A DNA stretch of 64,000 bases from Nitrosopumilaceae archaeon (GTDB lineage Archaea > Thermoproteota > Nitrososphaeria > Nitrososphaerales > Nitrosopumilaceae), in contig OZ242274.1 in the NCBI GenBank assembly GCA_965207375.1, forward strand, positions 448,001-512,000, given 5' to 3'. This document shows, piece by piece, positions 20,356 to 30,324 of the stretch. Each line of letters opens with the position of its first letter. The stretch's first letter is position 1. Both the position numbers and the translations under genes were made by a program. Below the pieces are notes generated by a model. The model had not been told where the DNA came from. It did no database searches and saw nothing but the letters and a program-made list of their open reading frames with translations.

Positions 20356-21918
20356 CTATTCATTGACGTATGCTCTTTCACCGTGTTGTGCAAGATCGAG
20401 ACCAATCTCCTCTTCTTTAGGAGTGACTCTTATTCCACCAGGCCAGACAGCGTCCATCACTTTGAGTATTACAACAGTAACACCAAATGCATAGCCTATT
20501 GAGATTGCAGCACCAATGATGCTGATAGCTTGTTGTTCGTATCCTTCCGGAGTACCAGTCCATGCACCAATACCGTCACCGGTATCCCAAACATGCGGAC
20601 TTGCCAATGTACCAGTCAAAATTGCACCTGTGAGACCACCCATTCCATGTACTCCCCATACATCGAGTGCATCGTCCCATTTGCGAGCGTTTTTGAATGC
20701 CACACAAGCGTAACAAACTGTTCCTGCTGCGATACCCATGATAATAGCGGCCATTGGTCCAACCCAACCAGAAGCTGGTGTGATTGTAACAAGTCCCGCT
20801 ACTGCACCGGTTGCAGCGCCGACTATACTTGGTTTACCTGTATGAGCCCAGCTCATCAATACCCAAGTAACTGTAGCCATACCAGTAGCTATGTTAGTAA
20901 CTACCCAAGCACTAACTGTGATTCCGTCTACCATTACTTCACTTCCTGCGTTAAAGCCGAACCAACCAAACCATAGAATGGATGCACCAAGTACAACCAT
21001 TGGAACGTTGTGTGGTTCCATTGGAACTTTTCCATAACCGAGTCTTCGGCCAAGGATTAAAGCTCCTGCCAATGCAGAGAATCCTGAAGATATGTGTACG
21101 ACAGTACCGCCAGCAAAGTCAAGTGCAAAGCTTGGTGACAGATCTGGATCTAGATCTATGGCACCTCCTCCGATGTATCCACCACCCCATACCCAGTGGG
21201 CAATTGGATCGTAGACAAATGTTCCCCATAAGAGGACAAAGATAACTAGTGCACTGAATTTTATTCTGTCAATTAGACCACCAACAATTAGTGCTGGGGT
21301 GATAATTGCGAATGTGCCTTGGAATGCCATGAATAGTTGATGTGGAACAGTTCCAGGCCAACCCTGACTACAAATTTCATCTTCATGGAATACCTGCATC
21401 TGATAGGCTGCAGACCACGTATCAGTACAAGGTCCTGCTTCACCTAAAGGTGCATAAGCTGAAACTTGATTGAGTCCAGCATAATCAAAGCTACCCATGA
21501 ATAGGTTTGCGTCATTATCGATTGGTCCGAAAGCTAGTGTATATCCAACGACAGTCCATTGTACTGCCATTAGACCCATGATGACAAAGGTCATACCAAT
21601 AACGTTTACTGCGTTCTTTGATCTGGCCAAACCACCATAGAAGAATGCTACACCAGGGGTCATAAATAAGACCAATGATGATGCAACCAGCATAAATGAT
21701 GTATCTCCTGTATCAATTCTACAGGGCAACATATTGCCTTCGCCATCATCAAACCAACACTCGTTTGGATTGCCTGTGTAAATTCCACTAGTTCCCATAA
21801 CATATCCGTCCATTCCATCGCTAACTTGTTGTGCAAATGCCTGAGACATTGCACCAGTTGCGGTAATGGCTACGGCTGCCACAAGTAATAGAGCATACTT
21901 GTGGTTCCTAGAATTCAT
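20356..21918 (-). CDS. amt: Ammonium transporter (Amt family)
   Basis: FMTPGVAFFYGG, FQGTFAIIT, DFAGGTVVH, WFGWFGFN, DDALDVWGVHG, EEEIGLDLAQHGE. Confidence 0.97.
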   Translation of the reverse strand: MNSRNHKYALLLVAAVAITATGAMSQAFAQQVSDGMDGYVMGTSGIYTGNPNECWFDDGEGNMLPCRIDTGDTSFMLVASSLVLFMTPGVAFFYGGLARSKNAVNVIGMTFVIMGLMAVQWTVVGYTLAFGPIDNDANLFMGSFDYAGLNQVSAYAPLGEAGPCTDTWSAAYQMQVFHEDEICSQGWPGTVPHQLFMAFQGTFAIITPALIVGGLIDRIKFSALVIFVLLWGTFVYDPIAHWVWGGGYIGGGAIDLDPDLSPSFALDFAGGTVVHISSGFSALAGALILGRRLGYGKVPMEPHNVPMVVLGASILWFGWFGFNAGSEVMVDGITVSAWVVTNIATGMATVTWVLMSWAHTGKPSIVGAATGAVAGLVTITPASGWVGPMAAIIMGIAAGTVCYACVAFKNARKWDDALDVWGVHGMGGLTGAILTGTLASPHVWDTGDGIGAWTGTPEGYEQQAISIIGAAISIGYAFGVTVVILKVMDAVWPGGIRVTPKEEEIGLDLAQHGERAYVNE

Positions 21919-22051
21919 TGATCAAAAAAAATTTTAAAATTATATAAGCATAGAGATTTTAAAATTAAAAAAAAAGTAAATAGTTATATTTTACTATACC
22001 ATGATAGTATCATAAATTGAAGAAATTATGTTACTATATAGAGGCAATACC

Positions 22052-22726
22052 ATGACAAAATCAGACAGACTGGCCATATTTGATACGTTTAAGACAAAAC
22101 CGAATCAATTAACAGGTGAGGCTAGACGGCAGAGGGCCATAATCACAATTCTTGCACAGAGTATGACTCCAACTGAAAACACAAGAACCTCCATTGCACA
22201 AAATATCGCACAAATCAACAAAGTTCCATGGAAGAATATCTATTCGGGTATTTTCAGAGATTTTGATAAAATTCTCATACCGCTAAAGCTAGTAAGCGAG
22301 GAAGGCAGACTACCCCTAAAGCGCGGTCCAAAGGCACTGCAAGAGGAGGGGGTCCCGTTTTACAGATTGACAGAGACGGGCAAAATAGTAGCGTTATCAT
22401 TTGACTCTATAGTCAGGGACAAGGTTTTAAAGAAATTCTTCAAGGATGTCAAATCCAATGATCAAATCGGCATGATTTCAGAATTAAGCAAGACTGCCCC
22501 AAGGTTGGTATATTCAATATTTGAAGACTATGTACGCGGATATTGTGATGGAAAAATTACAGAACTTGTGCCCATTTCATCAGAGAAAATAATGCAGACG
22601 CAGGGGGAATTTTTGCCAATGTGTATAGAACTGTTAGATACGTTTATGAAATTATCAAAATCAGACAAGGAAAAGATGTCTGGTTTCTTAGATTCCATAT
22701 CTAGGCGTGAATCTGCCAAACATTAA
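22052..22726 (+). CDS. Thaumarchaeal winged-helix-like hypothetical regulator divergent from amt
   Basis: TRTSIA..IA...WKNIYSGIFRD...LV.EEG..P..RGPK...Y.LT..G; start MTKSD 22052 (alternative 22028). Confidence 0.7.
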   Translation: MTKSDRLAIFDTFKTKPNQLTGEARRQRAIITILAQSMTPTENTRTSIAQNIAQINKVPWKNIYSGIFRDFDKILIPLKLVSEEGRLPLKRGPKALQEEGVPFYRLTETGKIVALSFDSIVRDKVLKKFFKDVKSNDQIGMISELSKTAPRLVYSIFEDYVRGYCDGKITELVPISSEKIMQTQGEFLPMCIELLDTFMKLSKSDKEKMSGFLDSISRRESAKH

Positions 22727-22751
22727 AATCAGTTACTAATTCAGACGGCAC

Positions 22752-23795
22752 ATGGGTCAGGGCTCTAAAAACGTCTATGCTTCAGTAAAGTCATACAGTC
22801 TTAGAGGCAAGCTGCTCTCAAGAGGAGATCTGCAGACATTGGCAGAATCTAGGGACTTGGAGGAGCTCATTACAAGAATAAAAAATACAGTTTATGCCGA
22901 ATCCGTTTCAGGACTCTCAAAGCCATACTCTGCACAGTCCATAGAAAATGCATTAAGAAGTCATCTTGCAGATGTTCATTATTCTATCGCAAAGACGTCT
23001 GGCGGCTCGGGAGTACTAGATGCATATTATCTTAAATTCATAATTACAAATCTAAAGTTAATTCTAAAGGGCAAGGCATTGGGAAAATCACAAGAAGAGA
23101 TAGAGCCGCACATCAACCTTCATGCAGAGGAGTTGATCAAAAAAAGAGATGTAATTATCAAGGCACTTGTTGCAAAAGATCTTGAAGAGGCAGTAGCAAG
23201 CCTCAACTCTGTAAGGATGAGCGAAGACATTGCAAAGGCTGCAGTCCTGTATGCAGATAAAAAGCAACTCCAGATTTTTGATACATATTTTGACAAGATT
23301 CTGTATTCTCACCTAGGACGCTCAAGACAGGGTGCAGGAGACAGCGAGGCAGTCAGGCTTGTTGGAACAGATATCGACTTTTACAATATTCTAAGTACAT
23401 TAAGAGCAAAGTTTTGGGGTCTAGATGAATCGCAGGTACAGGACCTAATTGTATCTGCTACTCCGGGTGCCCCAAGGGATCTTTTGACTAGGATGTCGGC
23501 AGCTGCAACCCTAAGGGACGCATTTGGAGAGCTGTCAGCTACGCGTTACAAGAATCTGATTCCGCAGACCGAAAACGACCTAGATGCACTAGCCGAATTT
23601 GAAAGGGCCTTTGAGATCTACATGTACGAGGCAGCTAACAGGGCATTTAACAAAATGTTTAGTTTTGGTACAGTCATAGGGATTACAAAGCTGACCTCAT
23701 ATGAGGTTAGAAACCTAGCAGCCATAGCATTTGCAGTAGAGCAAAAGATTCCAACTGCAACTACAATGTCAAAACTCATTGTAAAAGAGGAATAA
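22752..23795 (+). CDS. atpC: A/V-type ATP synthase subunit C (AC39/d family)
   Basis: YASVK..S..GKLL, NLKLILKGK, IDFYNI, EVRNL motifs. Confidence 0.9.
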   Translation: MGQGSKNVYASVKSYSLRGKLLSRGDLQTLAESRDLEELITRIKNTVYAESVSGLSKPYSAQSIENALRSHLADVHYSIAKTSGGSGVLDAYYLKFIITNLKLILKGKALGKSQEEIEPHINLHAEELIKKRDVIIKALVAKDLEEAVASLNSVRMSEDIAKAAVLYADKKQLQIFDTYFDKILYSHLGRSRQGAGDSEAVRLVGTDIDFYNILSTLRAKFWGLDESQVQDLIVSATPGAPRDLLTRMSAAATLRDAFGELSATRYKNLIPQTENDLDALAEFERAFEIYMYEAANRAFNKMFSFGTVIGITKLTSYEVRNLAAIAFAVEQKIPTATTMSKLIVKEE

Positions 23796-23806
23796 TCTAG
23801 GTTCCA

Positions 23807-24043
23807 ATGATTAGATTTCCAGGCAAGAAAAACGGCGTTTCATCTGAGGTACTCATCAAAATGATATGGGTCAGTAGCTTTTTGGCCATGATTTTTACGT
23901 TGCCAGCATTGGGAATCTTTTTGGGAATTTACTATACCACAGGAAATTTAATTGTGGGTGCTGTCTTGGGTTTTGGAGTACACTTTGTGACTCTGGCCTT
24001 TTCTGCAAAAATATCAAGGCGTCTGACCAGACTAATCAGCTAA
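23807..24043 (+). CDS. Small two-TM membrane protein
   Basis: 78-aa hydrophobic ORF directly after atpC. Confidence 0.7.
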   Translation: MIRFPGKKNGVSSEVLIKMIWVSSFLAMIFTLPALGIFLGIYYTTGNLIVGAVLGFGVHFVTLAFSAKISRRLTRLIS

Positions 24044-24076
24044 CCTATAAGGATCTATTTTGTACGGTACACTATC

Positions 24077-24727
24077 ATGATGGGAGACAGAGACTTTAGA
24101 AGAGTAATCAAAAGTGCAGTAGATTCGATAGGAAAGGAGCTGGACATACAGATTGATGTCAAAGATAATAAAACAATACATCTTCACGAAACGGTACGAT
24201 GTCTTAGACGTGCATATTATGACAGAGTTGATCCGCTTGAGGTTAAGCGTGGCGGATTCAACGAGTTGCTTGGCGGCCTGTTGCAAAAATACGGTTATGG
24301 TAGCAAGCCTGCGACATTTGACATCGATGAGATAAAGCTAAGGGGGCAGGCAGACATGATTGTAGATGACGCAATAATATTGTTTAGATCAGCAGCTGTG
24401 ACGCCAGATAATCCACACGCATCTGATGTATTGTTTCTAAATGCGTGTTTATGGATATACAACAAGTTTGACGGGGTTGTGGTGTATATTTCAGGGGACA
24501 GGCAGGAGGCATCATTTTCTGTTACACGCAACAAAAAGATGTTTGAGGAGGTCATCAGAAGGGTTAGGGTTCTTGGCAATCTGCTTGATGAGGGAAAAAC
24601 TCCTATTTTAGAGCCATCTGCACAGTGTGATGACTGCCAGTACTATGAGAGATGTTACATGAAGGAACGTGTAGGCAAATCGTTTAATCTCAAAGAGTTA
24701 ATCGGCATTGACACTAGTGACAAATAG
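24077..24727 (+). CDS. Solo Cas4-like (PD-(D/E)XK, Fe-S) protein
   Basis: C.RRAYY and C..C.Y...C four-Cys staple, G..D motif; no CRISPR array nearby. Confidence 0.8.
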   Translation: MMGDRDFRRVIKSAVDSIGKELDIQIDVKDNKTIHLHETVRCLRRAYYDRVDPLEVKRGGFNELLGGLLQKYGYGSKPATFDIDEIKLRGQADMIVDDAIILFRSAAVTPDNPHASDVLFLNACLWIYNKFDGVVVYISGDRQEASFSVTRNKKMFEEVIRRVRVLGNLLDEGKTPILEPSAQCDDCQYYERCYMKERVGKSFNLKELIGIDTSDK

Positions 24728-24752
24728 AAAAATATTGAAGGAGTAATTCCTT

Positions 24753-24863
24753 TTAATCTAGTGGTTCTGGATGTCCCTTGCCACGCAGTGCAAAGCAGAC
24801 TACTGCAAGTGCAATTGAGACACCTATTGCTGAGCCAAATGCGGCCATTGATGCTTCTGCCAT
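24753..24863 (-). CDS. Small single-TM peptide (36 aa)
   Basis: MAEASMAAFGSAIGVSIALAVVCFALRGKGHPEPLD*; TATA-like AT run upstream. Confidence 0.55.
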   Translation of the reverse strand: MAEASMAAFGSAIGVSIALAVVCFALRGKGHPEPLD

Positions 24864-24956
24864 AGAAAATTTTGGCAGGATTAGATCATATATAATTATG
24901 TTAAATTTTTTTTATTTAAAATAAATAATCATAATATTAGAATTTTATGATACTAT

Positions 24957-25511
24957 CTATTTTTCAAGTTCAAACTTGACACTATTTTCTCCTCCGGCAG
25001 TCATTGAACTCAGATTGAAAAATGCCTCACCTGTAACTCTCCAATCGCCACTGTCTGCATACAATATACTCCAGAGTTCTGGGGTATCTCCCGTGTTTCT
25101 CAAGGTGATTGTATCAGACAAGGATGTATGCGAGCCGCTCAAGACGGTGTAAAAGTTAGAGCCTTCAACAAAGCCTTCAAATCTGTCCCCTATTTGTCCT
25201 GCATGAATCCTCAAATCACCTTCAAAAACCTGATACGTTACAAACTGCAAAATAACAGATCTCTGGTTGGGGTTGGATATTTTGAATTTAACGTCAATTA
25301 CAGCATACTCGTCATTGATTTCGACTGTTTGGAGTTTTTCTAGTTGTACATCCAAAGACAGGACAGGAGACGGCGGATTCTGTGGAGACGTCAAAAGTCC
25401 CCTATCAGAGGTGTCATCAATGATACTTTGGCCAGAAAATGCAATTGCTGCAATTACTACAACAGTTGCTGCAATTGCTGCGCCCACAAAGATCTTGGGA
25501 TTCATGATCAC
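24957..25511 (-). CDS. Membrane-anchored LEA_2-like beta-sandwich protein
   Basis: N-terminal TM, F.ISNPN...Y motif; similar to 59473-59967. Confidence 0.7.
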   Translation of the reverse strand: MIMNPKIFVGAAIAATVVVIAAIAFSGQSIIDDTSDRGLLTSPQNPPSPVLSLDVQLEKLQTVEINDEYAVIDVKFKISNPNQRSVILQFVTYQVFEGDLRIHAGQIGDRFEGFVEGSNFYTVLSGSHTSLSDTITLRNTGDTPELWSILYADSGDWRVTGEAFFNLSSMTAGGENSVKFELEK

Positions 25512-25574
25512 ACGTTAATGTGCCGATGTCTTAAATGTTTAAGATAATTATAGTGATGGGATCAGAGATGATAT

Positions 25575-25925
25575 GTGCAGTATTTTCAGGCAGTACAGAC
25601 AGGAAAGCGGCGGGCAGCAAAATCACAGATGAAGCTGTTTGAGGTTGCAGGATTTGCCATGCTGACACTTACTACAAAAAAGATAAACGGAAAGTTTGAG
25701 CCCGTCGGAGAAAAAGACTACGCAGCAATTATTCAAAATCAGGATGGATTCATAACACTGCTTGCAGATACTGATGGATTTACAAAGGCGCAGACAAAGG
25801 CGTTATTAAAAGAGGAGGCACTTGCAATATACAAAAAATTAAGGACAGATACTGATGAGTTTACAGGTAAATCAATTGAGATCTGGACTGAGAGTTTTCC
25901 AACTATCCAGAAGACCTTAGAATGA
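25575..25925 (+). CDS. Conserved hypothetical protein
   Basis: 116-aa ORF filling the gap before pyrH. Confidence 0.7.
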   Translation: MQYFQAVQTGKRRAAKSQMKLFEVAGFAMLTLTTKKINGKFEPVGEKDYAAIIQNQDGFITLLADTDGFTKAQTKALLKEEALAIYKKLRTDTDEFTGKSIEIWTESFPTIQKTLE

Positions 25926-26592
25926 TTTCGGTTCCAGGTGTTGCAGTACCACGAATCGCCTTTTCTAAAAGCTTGAGATCTGCCTTCATGATACGCGTCT
26001 TAATTTTTGAGCGCTCGATAATTTTGAGGGCAACTATATCCATGAGGTCATAGCCGCCTGCAACAGAGTCCTCATGTATCAGCATGCCTCGGAGCTGTTT
26101 CATTTCTATGCGCTTGAATTTTTTGGCCTTTTTGTATATGTTTGGATCCATGTCGTATACGCCGTCAACATCGGTAGCATTGATGAACTGTTCTGCTCTG
26201 ATTTTTTCTGCAATCAATGCAGCAGTGCCGTTGGTGCTTTGTCCGGGATGCAATCCTCCGGTAACGACAATCAATCCGCTGTTTACTGCATGTTTTGTTT
26301 CCTGTAAAGTAACAGGAGGATGCGAATACGCCTTGTTTTTTAAGGCATAAATTAGCAGCTTTGCGTTAAGCCGGGAAATTTCAATTCCTAGCTCGTCTAG
26401 TGTTGATTCATCTGCACCTGACGACCGTGCATGTGATATGTAGTGGCGAGCAATGGTGCCTCCGCCTGCAACTATTACAGGCTGGCAAAATTTGCTAATT
26501 TTTACAAAAAAGGCCGCATAGTCTTTGAGTGCTTTTACATTATCAATGCCAAACACGCGGCCTGAAATTTTAATGACTATTGGCTTTTTCAT
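25903..26592 (-). CDS. pyrH: UMP kinase
   Basis: [32 protein letters not shown]. Confidence 0.95.
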   Translation of the reverse strand: MKKPIVIKISGRVFGIDNVKALKDYAAFFVKISKFCQPVIVAGGGTIARHYISHARSSGADESTLDELGIEISRLNAKLLIYALKNKAYSHPPVTLQETKHAVNSGLIVVTGGLHPGQSTNGTAALIAEKIRAEQFINATDVDGVYDMDPNIYKKAKKFKRIEMKQLRGMLIHEDSVAGGYDLMDIVALKIIERSKIKTRIMKADLKLLEKAIRGTATPGTEIILRSSG

Positions 26593-27818
26593 CTAGTATC
26601 ACCTAGAATGCGGCGCGCTGCAATTTCAACTTTTTTTCTGTTTTTCTGGCTGGTATAAATTCTGAGAATATTCATAAAGCCAGACATTGCAGATACTAGC
26701 GGAATCTCAGATATGGGTAGACGTTGGGCACAAGACTTTACATTTTCATGAGATATCAAAATGATATACTGGGATTCTTGCTTTGAGGGTGATAACGGAA
26801 TAGACGGGGTGACTGAGCTGTCAACAAAGACATCAGATGGTACAATACGGGATTCTTTGGCAATTTTTGCCCGGATGTCTGCGTGGCTAGAGGTATAGGA
26901 CTTTTTGGAAAGTTGCTCATAGACACATTTGAAGAGTTTACGATTTTGATAGTTGTGGGCTAGATGACGGGCCCTTTGCAATTGCGGATTTTTAGATTTT
27001 ATTGACAACAATCTAGACATGATGATATCATCAGTCAGTGTGACATAATCCTCTAGTGTAAGAGAATCCAATCCGATTTCTTTGTATGCAAGTTTGATTG
27101 ATTCAAGCAGCATAACCTCCACAGATCGCACCGTCTTGTGAAAATAAACTGCTTTGAACATCTGATATCTAGAATGCATCATTGATTCAAACGAGTACAG
27201 GGCAGATTTTTCCAATGCAAGACTGTTTTTGTAGACGTCAAGTGAGTGGATCATTCTGATGTGATCGATTTTTGCATGTTCTGCTCCTGTATAATAGCCG
27301 TCCCGTAGCAGATAATCCATCATATCAGCACTTAGCGCGCCTGAAATTATCTCATTCATGAATTGCAGTTTGGATTTGCCAAATGCAAGCTTTGCAATAA
27401 ATTTTTTGTCAAATCCCAGACTAGATAAAATGTCGCCAATCTCGGTTTTGGTGATAATTTTTCTGCCCATATCTTCATGGGAGGTATTGTTCTGTAATGC
27501 CTCCTCAAACATGTGAGAGAATGGTCCGTGTCCAATATCATGCAAGAGGCCTGCGATTCGAAGATTTGCAACATCTTCTTGTTGTATAATATCTTTTTCA
27601 AGCAAGGCTGCCCCTGCAAGGCCTGCAATGTGCATGACGCCCAAAGAGTGCTCAAATCTAGTATGTTGTGCCCCAGGATAGGTAAGATGGGCACCTGATA
27701 GCTGCCTAATGCGTCTTAATCTTTGAAATATTGGACTGTCTATAATTTTTAATTCAGAGTCATACACGCGGATAAAATCATGAATGGGATCAATGATGTC
27801 TAGGTGGTTTTTTTTCAT
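26589..27818 (-). CDS. HD-domain phosphohydrolase (SAMHD1/dNTPase-like)
   Basis: [44 protein letters not shown]. Confidence 0.92.
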   Translation of the reverse strand: MKKNHLDIIDPIHDFIRVYDSELKIIDSPIFQRLRRIRQLSGAHLTYPGAQHTRFEHSLGVMHIAGLAGAALLEKDIIQQEDVANLRIAGLLHDIGHGPFSHMFEEALQNNTSHEDMGRKIITKTEIGDILSSLGFDKKFIAKLAFGKSKLQFMNEIISGALSADMMDYLLRDGYYTGAEHAKIDHIRMIHSLDVYKNSLALEKSALYSFESMMHSRYQMFKAVYFHKTVRSVEVMLLESIKLAYKEIGLDSLTLEDYVTLTDDIIMSRLLSIKSKNPQLQRARHLAHNYQNRKLFKCVYEQLSKKSYTSSHADIRAKIAKESRIVPSDVFVDSSVTPSIPLSPSKQESQYIILISHENVKSCAQRLPISEIPLVSAMSGFMNILRIYTSQKNRKKVEIAARRILGDTR

Positions 27819-28396
27819 ATCCCTATCTTTTTGGCAAATATGCCCATTACATCCTGGTGAACCTGTTGCTGTGTTCTAGATGCATTGACTAGCTTCCAGC
27901 CCTTTTTCTTTGCTATTTTGCGATACGTTACTGTGATTTTTTTGAGGAACTTTTTGTCTTTTTCAAACCTGTCGCGGTTTGATTTTTTACGGTCAAAGGA
28001 TTGGCCCAGAGTTACATCAAGCAGTATTACAAGATCTGCCTTGGGCAATCCTGATTCAAGATTTTCCAGCCAATCCTGTTTTAGGCCGTTGACTAGTCCG
28101 TATACGATATTGGATTGATAGTATCGATTCATAATAAGAACAGAATTTTTTTTGTGTGCCTTGGAAATTGCCTCTAGGTTTTCCCACCTGTTTGCAGCAA
28201 GCAGGCAGTGAATTACCTGGGGCGGAAATTTTCTTTTTCCATCCAGATATTTTCTGATCTCTTTTCCCATGGGAGTCGTATAATCAGGAAAGCTAAAGGT
28301 TTTGGTTTTAATTTTATTTTTTTTAAGGGCCTTTTCTAGCAGGGCAGTCTGTGTTTTTTTGCCTGCCTGGTCTACACCTTCAATTACTACAATCAA
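27815..28396 (-). CDS. tmk: Thymidylate kinase
   Basis: IEGVDQAGKKTQ P-loop, FPDY, ANRWE, NRY..S. Confidence 0.93.
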   Translation of the reverse strand: MIVVIEGVDQAGKKTQTALLEKALKKNKIKTKTFSFPDYTTPMGKEIRKYLDGKRKFPPQVIHCLLAANRWENLEAISKAHKKNSVLIMNRYYQSNIVYGLVNGLKQDWLENLESGLPKADLVILLDVTLGQSFDRKKSNRDRFEKDKKFLKKITVTYRKIAKKKGWKLVNASRTQQQVHQDVMGIFAKKIGI

Positions 28397-28475
28397 GACG
28401 GTTTTGATTGGAATTAATTAATTAAAAATGCATGGATTGATTGTGTATTTTTGGCAGTATTTTCAGGCATGGAGT

Positions 28476-29144
28476 TTAATCTGTTTGGGCCTGTGCTTCT
28501 TTTTGCAATGCAAAGATCAGCATTTTATCTTGGGTGACTAGTTTGACATCATCTAGCGCTAAAGACATGCAAAGCAGGATGCAGTCAGTTTCTGAAAGTT
28601 CCTTTCCAAAGCTATCGACATATTTTTTGGACTCGTATAGCTCTCTTGCATTAATTACGGGTTCTTTTGCATGATCAAGCTGTATCTTATCAACTGTTCC
28701 AATCGTTTCTAATCTGTCAATTATTTGCTGGGTGGTAACTGATATGTCGTATTTGTGTTTTTCCATGTGCTGTGTTTCAATCAGTATCCTGTCTAGTACA
28801 ACCAACCTTATGGGATCGTAAATGTCTTTGACAAATTCGTGTATTGGTTTGCCGTTGATTAGATGATGAATTATTACAGTATCAAGCAAGAGTCCGATGG
28901 TTTTAAGGGATTGTTGGTCAGAGATAATGGAGATTTCAGGCAATTCATCTAGCATTGAATCAATCTTGCCAAATAGGGCCGCCTTGCCGCCGGTGGGCTT
29001 TGCCAATAAATTTCCGCAGAATTTACAGTTAACGGTGCTTTTTGCCATGGTAAAGACGATACTTGCAGAGCTGCACGATTGGCATTTGATTTTTACAAAT
29101 CTGCTATCTGGCACAGGCATCTTATCGTAAATTGTCAATACCAT
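28476..29144 (-). CDS. Fusion of ribosomal protein eS27-like Zn ribbon and PIN-domain ribonuclease
   Basis: P.SRFVKIKC..C.....VF..A...V.C..CG..LA.PTGGKA (eS27 signature), then LLDT...E...LSETD..LL...LVTQDKML (PIN acidic residues). Confidence 0.8.
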   Translation of the reverse strand: MVLTIYDKMPVPDSRFVKIKCQSCSSASIVFTMAKSTVNCKFCGNLLAKPTGGKAALFGKIDSMLDELPEISIISDQQSLKTIGLLLDTVIIHHLINGKPIHEFVKDIYDPIRLVVLDRILIETQHMEKHKYDISVTTQQIIDRLETIGTVDKIQLDHAKEPVINARELYESKKYVDSFGKELSETDCILLCMSLALDDVKLVTQDKMLIFALQKEAQAQTD

Positions 29145-29254
29145 GTATTGTAACGTAAAGTAATATGCTTTTATGATGCCTAGGCCAAAGTGTCTAAATC
29201 CGGCAGGCACTGTACCAGGCTGTGCGGTAAAGCATCTCAAGTGTATTGTAGAAT

Positions 29255-30085
29255 TTAGCAGGAAATTTTTTTGTTTATCTCGCCAAGTATGGTTCTCAGC
29301 ATCTGACCAAGGTCACTTTTTTCTGTATAATCGGGGGAATATAGTCCATAGTTTGTTCTTCTCCCACGTGCAAGCTCGTATGCCTTTTTGGATTTTTGTT
29401 TGTCCATAATACCTATACAATGTCCGCCGTTGCTTCGTACTGCAGAAAAACATGGAATGTCAGTGGGTCCATCTCCGATGTAGATCATGTTCTCAAATGG
29501 AATTCTGCGCTGTTGATTTTTTATCGAATTGTTGACCAAATACGGATATTTTCGCAGATTTTTTCCTGCAATACCCTTGTTAATTGCATAAAGAAATTTT
29601 GTTTTTTCTGTAAATGTTACCGTCGATTTGACAGAATTATATCTGCCGGTTGCAGGATCCACGTCATAGTTTCCTGCAAAAACATCTGTGAACTGTTTTA
29701 CAAATGTGCAGCCTCTGACCAAATCCTCTATGCCGCCTGAAATTATGTATCCCTCTATGTTGATTCCTGACTTTATAAACTCTGAATCATTTGACACCCA
29801 ATGCTGTAATTCTTTTATGAAGGTCTCAGCGCCCTTAAACGGTTTGATGGCAGTAGCTAGCTGTTTTAGTTTTTGGGGTGTATTTTGTTTGATTTTGCCT
29901 TGTTTCATAAGACGTAAGATCTCTCCAAGGTATGCCTGCGGTGGATCCCAGCCTTTTTGTACAAATTTCTCATCAATGTTCTTCCAAAATTGTTCCGTGG
30001 GTATCTTGTTTTGCTCTAGCAAAAAATTTGTCGTATCTGCTGTCAGGGTTCCATCACAATCACAGATTATGGCAACAGTGGGCAT
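29255..30085 (-). CDS. HAD-superfamily hydrolase
   Basis: DCDGTL motif I, ISGG motif II, KT motif III, YIGDGPTD motif IV. Confidence 0.9.
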   Translation of the reverse strand: MPTVAIICDCDGTLTADTTNFLLEQNKIPTEQFWKNIDEKFVQKGWDPPQAYLGEILRLMKQGKIKQNTPQKLKQLATAIKPFKGAETFIKELQHWVSNDSEFIKSGINIEGYIISGGIEDLVRGCTFVKQFTDVFAGNYDVDPATGRYNSVKSTVTFTEKTKFLYAINKGIAGKNLRKYPYLVNNSIKNQQRRIPFENMIYIGDGPTDIPCFSAVRSNGGHCIGIMDKQKSKKAYELARGRRTNYGLYSPDYTEKSDLGQMLRTILGEINKKISC

Positions 30086-30304
30086 TGTTGCCTCTATGAT
30101 TCATTATAATAAAAAAGGATCCCAAAAAACTAATCGAGTATACGCAAATGAAGGCAGAAAAATTCATCATATATTTCACAGTTTAGTGGAGTTGAAAAGA
30201 GGCTAGGTTCACTGTTCCTGTATATTCAATTCTATACACGATTTACGTAAACTTGTCACGTTAGACCTAAGCTTACATTTTCCCAAATCGCAACATTTTT
30301 AGAA

Positions 30305-30315
30305 CCCCCCCCCCC
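30305..30315 (+). repeat. Poly-C homopolymer (about C11) in promoter of secreted repeat protein
   Basis: Run of C between TTTTTAGAA and the GTG at 30325 in an AT-rich genome. Confidence 0.85.
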
Positions 30316-30324
30316 GTTAATTTT

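Noticed and set aside
10147-23795. Split ATP synthase operon (divergent atpI, distant atpC) as a novelty
   Set aside because: To my knowledge this is the usual arrangement in Nitrosopumilaceae
24077-24960. CRISPR-Cas locus suggested by the Cas4-like gene
   Set aside because: No repeat-spacer array or other cas genes seen in the window
28476-29144. Calling this gene Nob1 or the genuine rps27e
   Set aside because: Domain order is opposite to Nob1, and the context lacks the usual translation-gene neighbours of rps27e
29175-29236. Hammerhead ribozyme or C/D-box sRNA
   Set aside because: No CUGANGA/GAAA core and no proper C/D box pair
29688-30206. Long antisense ORFs (also 9159-9656, 37507-38043, 42525-43070, 54282-54710)
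   Set aside because: Shadows of well-supported genes on the opposite strand
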